Part shown: positions 24,823-34,640 of the stretch, one piece after another
Layout: each line of letters begins with the position of its first letter
Position numbering within the stretch: position 1 is the first letter of the stretch
Source: Macrostomum lignano
Taxonomy: Eukaryota
Assembly: GCA_002269645.1 (NCBI GenBank)
Contig: NIVC01003049.1
Location: 1-64,000, forward strand
Direction: 5' to 3'
DNA: 64,000 nt
The notes under the pieces: generated by a model
Told to the model about the DNA's origin: nothing
Databases searched by the model: none
What the model saw: only the letters and a program-made list of their open reading frames with translations
Position numbers and translations under genes: made by a program

Positions 24823-27446
24823 CCATCATTCTGGCGCTCCTGCAATCTGCCGCGCCGAAAAGTACTCGCAAACCTAGGAGTAGCCCAACTACCAGTGCCA
24901 ATACAACATCGGCTGCTACAGAAAGCCCAACTACCAGTGCTAATACAACATCGGCTTCTACAGAAAGCCCAACTACCAGTGCTAATACAACATCGGCTGC
25001 TACAGAAAGCCCAACTACCAGTGCTAATACAACATCGGCTGCTACAGAAAGCCCAACTACCAGTGCTAATACAACATCGGCTGCTACAGAAAGCCCAACT
25101 ACCAGTGCTAATACAACATCGGCTGCTACAGAAAGCCCAACTACCAGTGCTAATACAACATCGGCTGCTACAGAAAGCCCAACTACCAGTGCTAATACAA
25201 CATCGGCTGCTACAGAAAGCCCAACTACCAGTGCTAATACAACATCGGCTGCTACAGAAAGCCCAACTACCAGTGCTAATACAACATCGGCTGCTACAGA
25301 AAGCCCAACTACCAGTGCTAATACAACATCGGCTGCTACAGAAAGCCCAACTACCAGTGCTAATACAACATCGGCTGCTACAGAAAGCCCAACTACCAGT
25401 GCTAATACAACATCGGCTGCTACAGAAAGCCCAACTACCAGTGCTAATACAACATCGGCTGCTACAGAAAGCCCAACTACCAGTGCTAATACAACATCGG
25501 CTGCTACAGAAAGCCCAACTACCAGTGCTAATACAACATCGGCTGCTACAGAAAGCCCAACTACCAGTGCTAATACAACATCGGCTGCTACAGAAAGCCC
25601 AACTACCAGTGCTAATACAACATCGGCTGCTACAGAAAGCCCAACTACCAGTGCTAATACAACATCGGCTGCTACAGAAAGCCCAACTACCAGTGCTAAT
25701 ACAACATCGGCTGCTACAGAAAGCCCAACTACCAGTGCTAATACAACATCGGCTGCTACAGAAAGCCCAACTACCAGTGCTAATACAACATCGGCTGCTA
25801 CAGAAAGCCCAACTACCAGTGCTAATACAACATCGGCTGCTACAGAAAGCCCAACTACCAGTGCTAATACAACATCGGCTGCTACAGAAAGCCCAACTAC
25901 CAGTGCTAATACAACATCGGCTGCTACAGAAAGCCCAACTACCAGTGCTAATACAACATCGGCTGCTACAGAAAGCCCAACTACCAGTGCTAATACAACA
26001 TCGGCTGCTACAGAAAGCCCAACTACCAGTGCTAATACAACATCGGCTGCTACAGAAAGCCCAACTACCAGTGCTAATACAACATCGGCTGCTACAGAAA
26101 GCCCAACTACCAGTGCTAATACAACATCGGCTGCTACAGAAAGCCCAACTACCAGTGCTAATACAACATCGGCTGCTACAGAAAGCCCAACTACCAGTGC
26201 TAATACAACATCGGCTGCTACAGAAAGCCCAACTACCAGTGCTAATACAACATCGGCTGCTACAGAAAGCCCAACTACCAGTGCTAATACAACATCGGCT
26301 GCTACAGAAAGCCCAACTACCAGTGCTAATACAACATCGGCTGCTACAGAAAGCCCAACTACCAGTGCTAATACAACATCGGCTTCTACAGAAAGCCCAA
26401 CTACCAGTGCTAATACAACATCGGCTGCTACAGAAAGCCCAACTACCAGTGCTAATACAACATCGGCTGCTACAGAAAGCCCAACTACCAGTGCTAATAC
26501 AACATCGGCTGCTACAGAAAGCCCAACTACCAGTGCTAATACAACATCGGCTGCTACAGAAAGCCCAACTACCAGTGCTAATACAACATCGGCTTCTACA
26601 GAAAGCCCAACTACCAGTGCTAATACAACATCGGCTGCTACAGAAAGCCCAACTACCAGTGCTAATACAACATCGGCTGCTACAGAAAGCCCAACTACCA
26701 GTGCTAATACAACATCGGCTGCTACAGAAAGCCCAACTACCAGTGCTAATACAACATCGGCTGCTACAGAAAGCCCAACTACCAGTGCTAATACAACATC
26801 GGCTGCTACAGAAAGCCCAACTACCAGTGCTAATACAACATCGGCTGCTACAGAAAGCCCAACTACCAGTGCTAATACAACATCGGCTGCTACAGAAAGC
26901 CCAACTACCAGTGCTAATACAACATCGGCTGCTACAGAAAGCCCAACTACCAGTGCTAATACAACATCGGCTGCTACAGAAAGCCCAACTACCAGTGCTA
27001 ATACAACATCGGCTGCTACAGAAAGCCCAACTACCAGTGCTAATACAACATCGGCTGCTACAGAAAGCCCAACTACCAGTGCTAATACAACATCGGCTTC
27101 TACAGAAAGCCCAACTACCAGTGCTAATACAACATCGGCTGCTACAGAAAGCCCAACTACCAGTGCTAATACAACATCGGCTGCTACAGAAAGCCCAACT
27201 ACCAGTGCTAATACAACATCGGCTGCTACAGAAAGCTCAACTACCAGTGCTAATACAACAACGGCTGGTAAAAAAGGCTCACCTACCAGTGCTACGACAA
27301 CAACGGCTGGTAAAAAAGGCTCACCTACCAGTGCTACGACAACAACGGCTGGTACAAAAAGCTCAACTAAGTCGGCGACCGAGCTGCGATCCACCTTTCT
27401 GTCTGTAGTTCTGGCGCTGGTGTTCAACTTTGCTAATACCCGCTGA
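24823..27446 (+). CDS. Exon 2 of the mucin: 56 x SPTTSANTTSAATE, three diverged repeats and a hydrophobic C-terminus (883 aa in total)
   Basis: Frame is open from the phase-1 acceptor to TGA at 27444-27446 and ends SATELRSTFLSVVLALVFNFANTR (GPI-signal-like). The ORF track misses it because this frame has no early ATG/GTG/TTG. Confidence 0.88.
24882..27233 (+). repeat. Coding 42-bp tandem repeat, 56 near-identical copies
   Basis: AGCCCAACTACCAGTGCTAATACAACATCGGCTGCTACAGAA. Variants seen: GCT>TCT in four copies and one GCC in copy 1. Confidence 0.97.
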
Positions 27447-28261
27447 TTTGGCATCAGTTAAATAAGGATTGTGACACGAACAGGATGTGCAGTCAGTTCA
27501 GTAACATTTATATTTTTTGGATTCAAATATTCCTTACCTCCCTCAAGATGTAGCAACATTAAGTCAGTGATTATTTGCAAGTGCAATCAGACATACAAAT
27601 ACACGGGACAAATCTACTAAATCAGTTTTCGTAGCAAGCAAGAACCTTAGATTGAATAACTAATAAAGGAAGTATACATAATACTTCTCTTACGATTCTT
27701 GAAGAAAGTGCCCTAGTTGCCGAAAGCAAATAATGTTGTTAATAAAGTACAAAATGTTGACTAAAAGGAGACTGTAAAACCGAGATGGTACACTCAAAGT
27801 TAAGCCCAGCGACGCCATCGAGATCGTGTCGGCGTTTGTTGCATGTAGCAATAGTGGGGTTGTTTTGCGACGGAAGAATGGAACTAGGCCATAGTCGAAC
27901 AACAGATATTGTTAGGCCTATAATATTGCTAAATGTACACCGAAATGTGGAGGTCAACCATTATAGAGTAAAGCGAATGGCGTAAATTTAATTCAGGGAC
28001 TACTCAAACATCGGGACGGGAAACTAGGCAAATCATGGCGAAGTTTTTACGAGGCTGGTTTGTTAGCAGCTGACGAGGCTGGCTGGCTTATTTGTATAGA
28101 GCGATACTTTGTTGTCTATGGTTATTTTCTATTATTTGAAGCTTGTGATACCGTTATTTCCACTACAGTCTAGCAGGGATGCTTGCATTATTTTATAGCA
28201 GCTAAGTTTCTGGCAGACGCGTAGGACAAGCTCGATTTTTCTGCTTGTGTTGTTGGCATCA

Positions 28262-28900
28262 ATGCCAAGAAAGTGCAGCGTTGTTGGCTGCAAGTCAAAT
28301 TACGAGTCCGAACGATTAGCTACGAAAGTTCATCTGTTTCCGAAGGACTCGGTTGAGCGAGAGCGATGGAAAAAGGCCCTGCCGAACCTTATTTCATCGC
28401 TGGTAAGATTTCTTTTCTTGCTGTATCTAATTAGTATATAGCCCCAGACTAATTGTATTTTTGGTGTGCTGAAGCAGCGATGATACGAGTACTAAATGGA
28501 TCTTTTTCAGGCTATATCTGTGTCAAGGAGAAAATTGAAGGCGTCGACAGAGAACTTGCGGACAGCACAAAAGAAGAAGCCGGTGAATTTACTCAGTTAC
28601 TATCGCGGGAAAGCTACGGCACCCCCCAGAGTGGCTGTTTTCATTTCTAACCCTCTGCTACGCATGCTTCACTGCCCACTCACCCGTTTGCGCAACGAGA
28701 GTGCAGACACTATTTACAACTATAGCTGAAAATTTCTTCCATTACATTGACTTCAACGTCCAAGGTGTGGCACGAAGAGCAACAAACACATTCTTTAAGG
28801 GACTTGTCCGGAGATCATCGAAGGTGGCTCCATCATCCGTCACCGTTCAAGAGAGAAAGACAAAAAACTTAGAAGTGCGTGACATTGCGGAACAGACAAG
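28262..28900 (+). pseudogene. Transposase remnant: partial THAP domain joined out of frame to a P-type transposase C-terminus
   Basis: MPRKCSVVGCKSNY...VHLFPKDSVERERWKKALP matches the THAP N-terminal CxxxxC, FP and RW pattern but lacks the final CxxH. Then YFIAG|intron 28403-28510|YICVKEK...LLSR(G)KLRHP (frameshifted)...RRATNTFFK. Confidence 0.8.
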
Positions 28901-29099
28901 TTCACATCTACTGAGTATTCCCGACTATTCAATGCTTAAATCTGTTAAATTCAGATAGCACATGAATATTAAAATTCACAGATATAATAAAATATAAAAT
29001 TTATTGAAGATTTATTGAAATATGGAAAATGGCTACTGCTGCATTGGCGCGGCCATAGATTTAACCAGCCTCGTAAAAAATTCGCCATGATTTGCCTAG

Positions 29100-29923
29100 T
29101 GTGACGTTGTCAGTTTAAGGTGGTCCCGAAAAGGGCCGTTGGACTGCTGTTCTCCATAGTCATTCAACCCTTCAGTTTCACCGTTTCAACTAAACTTTTC
29201 CATTCGTTTATTGCGACGTTTACTTGTAGTAGTGCCCAACGATTTTGTGGCAATTTATAATTCATTGTATATTTTGCTATCCTCTCTCGCAACCGTATAA
29301 AATTGGCACGATCGATAATTTTAAGTTCTCTCGCCAGCCAATGAAATCACTCGTGCTCGCGCTACCCCCCCCTCTGCGCTCTTTTATTAAACCCCCCGCC
29401 TGGCGGCGGGCACCCCTCACGCTTTCGCCTCTCTCTCTCTCCTCTCTGTCTGTCCTTGGCCTTGTGTGTGTTTTGCGTTCTTGTCTGGCTGCCTCGAGCC
29501 TCCTTTTTTCTCGCCACGGCCCCTCTGCCTGGGCCAGCCTGCTCACACACTTACTTGACTGTTTCACGCCACGACCGACGCCTACTCACCACTACGTTTC
29601 ACCGCCTTCACGGTGCTCATAGCCACTGCTCACGTCACGTCGCCATTGTGTCATTCGCCTGCCACTTGACTTCATATCCAAATTATATTCAACCCATTGC
29701 TGCAGCCGCCAGTGCCCAGAAAGCTATAGTCTGTTTATTGCCAGTAACAACCAAACTTAATACTGATATTAACAATAAAGACAACTACGGCAGTTCCTGC
29801 CTTTATCGCCAAGTGCTCCGCTACAAAATCCGCTTTACAAGAATTGACTTCAACTTATTTCGGGACTAAAACGGCCCTTTTAAGGGTCACCGCATAGCTG
29901 GCCGCTACGCCAATAACGTGACA
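29100..29923 (+). repeat. 5-prime LTR
   Basis: TGTGACGTT...AACGTGACA. No difference found from 32757-33580; the four LTR-internal ORF translations are identical at offset 3657. Confidence 0.95.
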
Positions 29924-29929
29924 TAATTT

Positions 29930-29946
29930 TGGAGGTCCCACCGAGA
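29930..29946 (+). other. Primer-binding site complementary to the tRNA-Gln 3-prime end
   Basis: TGGAGGTCCCACCGAGA is the reverse complement of TCTCGGTGGGACCTCCA, the metazoan tRNA-Gln(UUG) 3-prime end as recalled. It lies 6 nt after the LTR. Confidence 0.82.
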
Positions 29947-30075
29947 CTCCTACTCAGCACTGCCGGCTCGCAACTAAGTCAGCACCACCGAGACTCCTAC
30001 TCAGCACTGCCGGCTCGCAACTAAGTCAGCACCACCGAGACTCCTACTCAGCACTGCCGGCTCGCAACTAAGTCA
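29938..30075. repeat. 47-bp tandem repeat x3 directly after the PBS
   Basis: CCGAGACTCC at 29941, 29988, 30035. Confidence 0.9.
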
Positions 30076-30957
30076 GTGCCATCAAGACTTCTGCTCAGCC
30101 CTGCCAGCTCGTAATCAGCGCCATCAAGACTTCTGCTCAGCCCTGCCAGCTCGCAACCAAGCGTCAGCAAGATTCTGCTCAGCTCTGCCGGCTCGTGACT
30201 GAGTGCCGGCCTGCCACGTTTCTGCCTGACGGTCCGCAAGGCTACGAGAGCCTGTGCCACGCCTGAGGTTCGGTCCGCAAGGCTACGAGAGCCTGTGCCA
30301 CGCCTGAGGTTCGGTCCGCAAGGCTACGAGAGCCTGTGCCACGTCAGGCCCAGGGGTCCTGACTGCTCGGCCGGTCTTCGCTCGTCGCCGCGAGTCGTCG
30401 CTGGTCGTCGCCCTGAGCAACGCGCGCTGTCAACTGCGTTGAGCTCGAGCTTACGCTCTGCCAAGATAGCTCCGCTGCGTGTGCCAAGCCACGCCAGGTT
30501 ACGCTGTGCGCTGATTGTTTGTAGGGACTATTGCCTGACAGTTAGTCTGGGTGGTTTGCGTGATAGGACTCTCCCCTATTATAGGCTTTTTGTGGTTCGC
30601 CCCTGTCAGGCACGTATTTTTGTTAGTAGGACGCAATCTCTCTCGTCTCTCTCGCGTCGTCAACCTCAATTCGTTCTCTCTGGAACCTTACTCTCACTCG
30701 TGGTTGCTCCGTTCGCCTCACTCGGGCTCCTGCCTGAGCTTCATCTCGCACAATGTCCGGCAACGGGGAAGACTTCGGCATGGCGCCTCCCGAGCCTGTG
30801 GCGGACCCAGTCGCCGCACAGGCAGTTAATCCACCAGCCCCAGCCACTGAACCCAGACCCAGCTACGGACGCCCCATCCGCCCGCCTGTCAGGTACCGGA
30901 CCTGTCAAGTGTCCGACCTGCTCCAGCAGTGGGGAAGCAGACACTAACCGCCAGTTT

Positions 30958-31285
30958 TTCACGCCCCGGGCAAGGCGTAAAACTACCTCCTGTGGCACCT
31001 GTCAGCCACAGGTCTCTGCGGCACCTGTAGACCGCAAGTTCACGCCCCGGGCAAGGCGTAAAACTACCTCCTGTGGCACCTGTCAGCCACAGGTCTCTGC
31101 GGCACCTGTAGACCGCAAGCTCACGCCCCGGGCAAGGCGTAAAACTACCTCCTGTGGCACCTGTCAGCCACAGGTCTCTGCGGCACCTGTAGACCGCAAG
31201 CTCACGCCCCGGGCAAGGCGTTAAACTACCTCCTGTGGCACCTGTTGGTCACAGGTCCCTGCGGCATCTGCCAGCCGCAAGCCAC
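30958..31285. repeat. 81-bp tandem repeat, about 4 copies, in the LTR element interior
   Basis: ACGCCCCGGGCAAGGCG at 30961, 31042, 31123, 31204. Confidence 0.92.
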
Positions 31286-31884
31286 AAAACACAAGCCACA
31301 GCTGTTACTCACTGCCAGATACTAGTGTGCACAACTTCCACAGCTGTGCCAGCCAACAGCCAACCACCGTAGTCAAGGGGATAAACTGCAGCGACATTGC
31401 AATTTGATAATTTATATAGCTAACTAAAATAAATAAAATAAAAATAAAACACTAGCAGAATTAGCATAATATGCCGACAGTATAAATACTATATTGTTCT
31501 AACGCAAGAATATATATAATATCGCAGCACCCAACTCCGACTGCACCTGGTCGGCGTTGCCGTAGTCTATAGAATACACTACGGCGCTAGAAACAATTAG
31601 TAGATAAGACATTAGCCTTAGCTCAAATATTCAAAAGTAAACTAAAAAATTAATGCATATAGGAACATAGCTAGCTCAGTGCAGCGCGACCCTGGTCAGC
31701 TCATTGACGAGTGCAGCGTAACGCTGCGCAGCTGGCTGATCAGGTCAGCGTCGTTTACTTCAAAAATCAACTGCAATTGATCATTAAATTTCGCAAATTC
31801 CATAAACACTAGGTAGATATAATACTTGTGGGGTAAAAGTAAGCACTACACACACACACACACACACCGCACGCACGCTCTCTC

Positions 31885-32295
31885 TGCCTTTGGCGCGTAG
31901 CGCCGTCCTCCGCCTGGCGCGTAGCGCCGTCCTCTGCCTTTGGCGCGTAGCGCCATCCTCTGCCTTTGGCGCGTAGCGCCATCCTCTGCCTTGGCGCGTA
32001 GCGCCATCCTCTGCCTTGGCGCGTGGCGCCGTTCCCTGCCGTGGCGCGCTGCGCCGTTTCCTGCCTTGGCGCGTGGCGCCGTTCCTTTGCCTGGCGCGTG
32101 GCGCCGTCTCCGCCTGGCGCGCCGCGCCGTTCTCCTGCCTTGGCGCGCTGCGCCGTTTCCTGCCTTGGCGCGCTGCGCCGTTCTTTGCCTTGGCGCGCTG
32201 CGCCGTGTCTCCGCCTTGGGCGCTCTTGCGCCGGTTTCTCCCTTCCGCCTTGGCGCGCCGCGCCGTGTCCCGCCGCCCTTGACGCTTGGCGTCGT
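31885..32295. repeat. About 25-bp repeat array carrying GGCGC-NNN-GCGCC mini-hairpins
   Basis: About 14 intact and 2 variant copies counted. Confidence 0.88.
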
Positions 32296-32742
32296 TTGCC
32301 CGCAGTTGTCCGGACTGTGCCTCTGTTCCGTGCCTCTGCTCTGCATCCTTTGCCTCATCCACCTTGTCATCCTTGTTCTGTGTTTGCCTCATCCATCGTA
32401 TCACTTCTGCGCGTCCTTTGTCGTTTTTGTGTTCGCGCGCGCCGCGCGCTCCGTCGTGCACTACTTTCCGTAACCATTGTTGTATTTTGTAATGTTTTTG
32501 TAACACCACCATGTTGTATTGCTCGTGCTCACCGTGTTCTACTGCCCTGTAATGTTCTGCTCTCGTAATAGTCTGTAGCCTTTGGAACTTTGTAATTTTG
32601 TCCGGTAATCATATGCTCATACAAACTGACTCAACCCCACTGTAATTCACTCTGCTATAAATTCATAAACTGCGGTCACGTTGTGTTTTTCTTGCCGTCA
32701 CCCGCGTGTTGGTTTTCTTTTTGCGCGACCCTATCCTTTTTC

Positions 32743-32756
32743 GGAAGGGAGGCGGG
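32743..32756 (+). other. Polypurine tract
   Basis: GGAAGGGAGGCGGG immediately before the 3-prime LTR. Confidence 0.85.
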
Positions 32757-33580
32757 TGTGACGTTGTCAGTTTAAGGTGGTCCCGAAAAGGGCCGTTGGA
32801 CTGCTGTTCTCCATAGTCATTCAACCCTTCAGTTTCACCGTTTCAACTAAACTTTTCCATTCGTTTATTGCGACGTTTACTTGTAGTAGTGCCCAACGAT
32901 TTTGTGGCAATTTATAATTCATTGTATATTTTGCTATCCTCTCTCGCAACCGTATAAAATTGGCACGATCGATAATTTTAAGTTCTCTCGCCAGCCAATG
33001 AAATCACTCGTGCTCGCGCTACCCCCCCCTCTGCGCTCTTTTATTAAACCCCCCGCCTGGCGGCGGGCACCCCTCACGCTTTCGCCTCTCTCTCTCTCCT
33101 CTCTGTCTGTCCTTGGCCTTGTGTGTGTTTTGCGTTCTTGTCTGGCTGCCTCGAGCCTCCTTTTTTCTCGCCACGGCCCCTCTGCCTGGGCCAGCCTGCT
33201 CACACACTTACTTGACTGTTTCACGCCACGACCGACGCCTACTCACCACTACGTTTCACCGCCTTCACGGTGCTCATAGCCACTGCTCACGTCACGTCGC
33301 CATTGTGTCATTCGCCTGCCACTTGACTTCATATCCAAATTATATTCAACCCATTGCTGCAGCCGCCAGTGCCCAGAAAGCTATAGTCTGTTTATTGCCA
33401 GTAACAACCAAACTTAATACTGATATTAACAATAAAGACAACTACGGCAGTTCCTGCCTTTATCGCCAAGTGCTCCGCTACAAAATCCGCTTTACAAGAA
33501 TTGACTTCAACTTATTTCGGGACTAAAACGGCCCTTTTAAGGGTCACCGCATAGCTGGCCGCTACGCCAATAACGTGACA
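32757..33580 (+). repeat. 3-prime LTR
   Basis: Direct repeat of 29100-29923, followed by the CTAG TSD. Confidence 0.95.
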
Positions 33581-33639
33581 CTAGTTTCCCGTCCCGATGT
33601 TTGAGTAGTCCCTGATTTAATTGTTAAATTTAACTATTC

Positions 33640-34640
33640 ATGGTTTTGATTGGGCCAGCGGGTATTAGACGCTCTCGTCAGCTCGAAAGGCCGCACGGAG
33701 CAGCCCTGAGTGCCCCGAGTCCAACTGCCGCTCCAGCGTAGCCATAAGCGTCCACGTCTCGGCGTTGTAGAGCAGGACGGTTTCGACCACCGCCTGCCAC
33801 AGCGAGCCCTCTGGCGGTCGTTCTGCGCTTCGACTGGAGGACGGCTCGGATCAAATGAAAGACCGCCCAGGCAAGTCCTCTGCGCCACTGGAGGTCCTCC
33901 TCCACGTGGGGCGCCAGACCGCCGAGGTAGGTGAACCGGTGGTAGCGTGCGAGCTTGATTATCTGCCCGCCTGTTGTTTTCCGAGCGAACAGCACAATGT
34001 CCTCCGTGGGGACTGGTCTGGTGCAGAAGTCCTCCTTAGCTGGGAGCGGCGTGTCCAGTGGGAGTGCAAAACTGGCGGGCAGCGGCGACGCGGGTGCGTT
34101 CACGATTCTGGCGAAGAAGTTGCGCAATTTGTTCCTGCGCTCCTCCGGGGTGTCGCCGGCCAGGTTCAGCGCCACGCGCTTTTTTCGCTCCGTCAGAGTC
34201 CGGACGGCCGTCACCACTTCGCGGCTCTTCACGTCAGGGCCGGCTGCAGTGATGGATCTGACGGCGTCGTCGACAGTTGGCCTGCTGCCGCTCGTCTAGA
34301 AGGCACTCAAACGCGTCTTCAGCGTCGCGTGTGGGCCGCCGGTTTCTGCGGAGTCGCTCGATATTGAGCCGTGCTTGCCTGATGGTCGGGTCGCTCTGCC
34401 AGACAGGCAGCGATTTTTGCGCTGGCCGCATCAGCGTGACTGTCTGCTTCGCGGCGGCTCTAACGGCGGTGCTGATGTCGGAATACTCCGCCTCGCGCTG
34501 GTCTCCACTTCTAGCTGCCCAGCCAGGAAGTTGAAGAAGGTACGAGCCTCCTCGGGGTGAACAGCGGTGGGTGCATACACGCAGAGCAGCCGAATGCAGC
34601 GGCCACGCAGGCGCAGGTCGACCCGCATCAGTCGCGGGGA
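33640..34640 (-). mobile_element. Multiply deleted RTE-clade LINE fragment
   Basis: Minus strand: endonuclease motif LLCVYAPT, then IVNAPASPLPASFALP and YLGGL...LLYNAETWTL-like C-terminal segments. The RT core is deleted. Confidence 0.85.

Larger units (their letters stand above)
29100..33580 (+). mobile_element. Non-autonomous LTR retrotransposon (Gypsy-like by 4-bp TSD; inference)
   Basis: Two 824-bp LTRs with TG...CA ends, TSD CTAG (29096-29099 and 33581-33584), PBS and PPT. No gag, protease or RT motifs seen in the 2.8-kb interior. Confidence 0.93.
27994..33614 (+). mobile_element. Internally deleted THAP/P-element-like DNA transposon (native length about 1136 bp), right TIR interrupted by an LTR element
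   Basis: Left TIR 27994-28060 (CAGGGACTACTC...GGCTGGTT). Right TIR = 29063-29099 plus 33585-33614 (67 bp, 1 mismatch). 8-bp TSD ATTTAATT at 27986-27993 and 33615-33622. Confidence 0.9.

Noticed and set aside
24797-27454. 885-aa antisense ORF (VVLALVVGLSVAAD)n and the 837-aa + ORF (IQHRLLQKAQLPVL)n
   Set aside because: Both are stop-free shadow frames of the 42-bp repeat. Only the Ser/Thr frame connects to a signal-peptide exon through canonical splice sites and ends in a GPI-like tail.
30295-31224. 309-aa ORF as gag of the LTR element
   Set aside because: It has a GTG start, no CCHC knuckle or capsid-like features, and its length comes from the 81-bp repeats.
31784-32512. 242-aa antisense ORF in the LTR interior
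   Set aside because: It mostly overlaps the GC-rich hairpin repeat, where several frames are open by composition.
27993-33615. A 64-bp perfect palindromic MITE centred on CTAG, hit by two separate insertions
   Set aside because: Less parsimonious. The inner 37-bp and outer 30-bp inverted repeats are contiguous on the left and form one 67-bp TIR, so a single LTR insertion explains everything.
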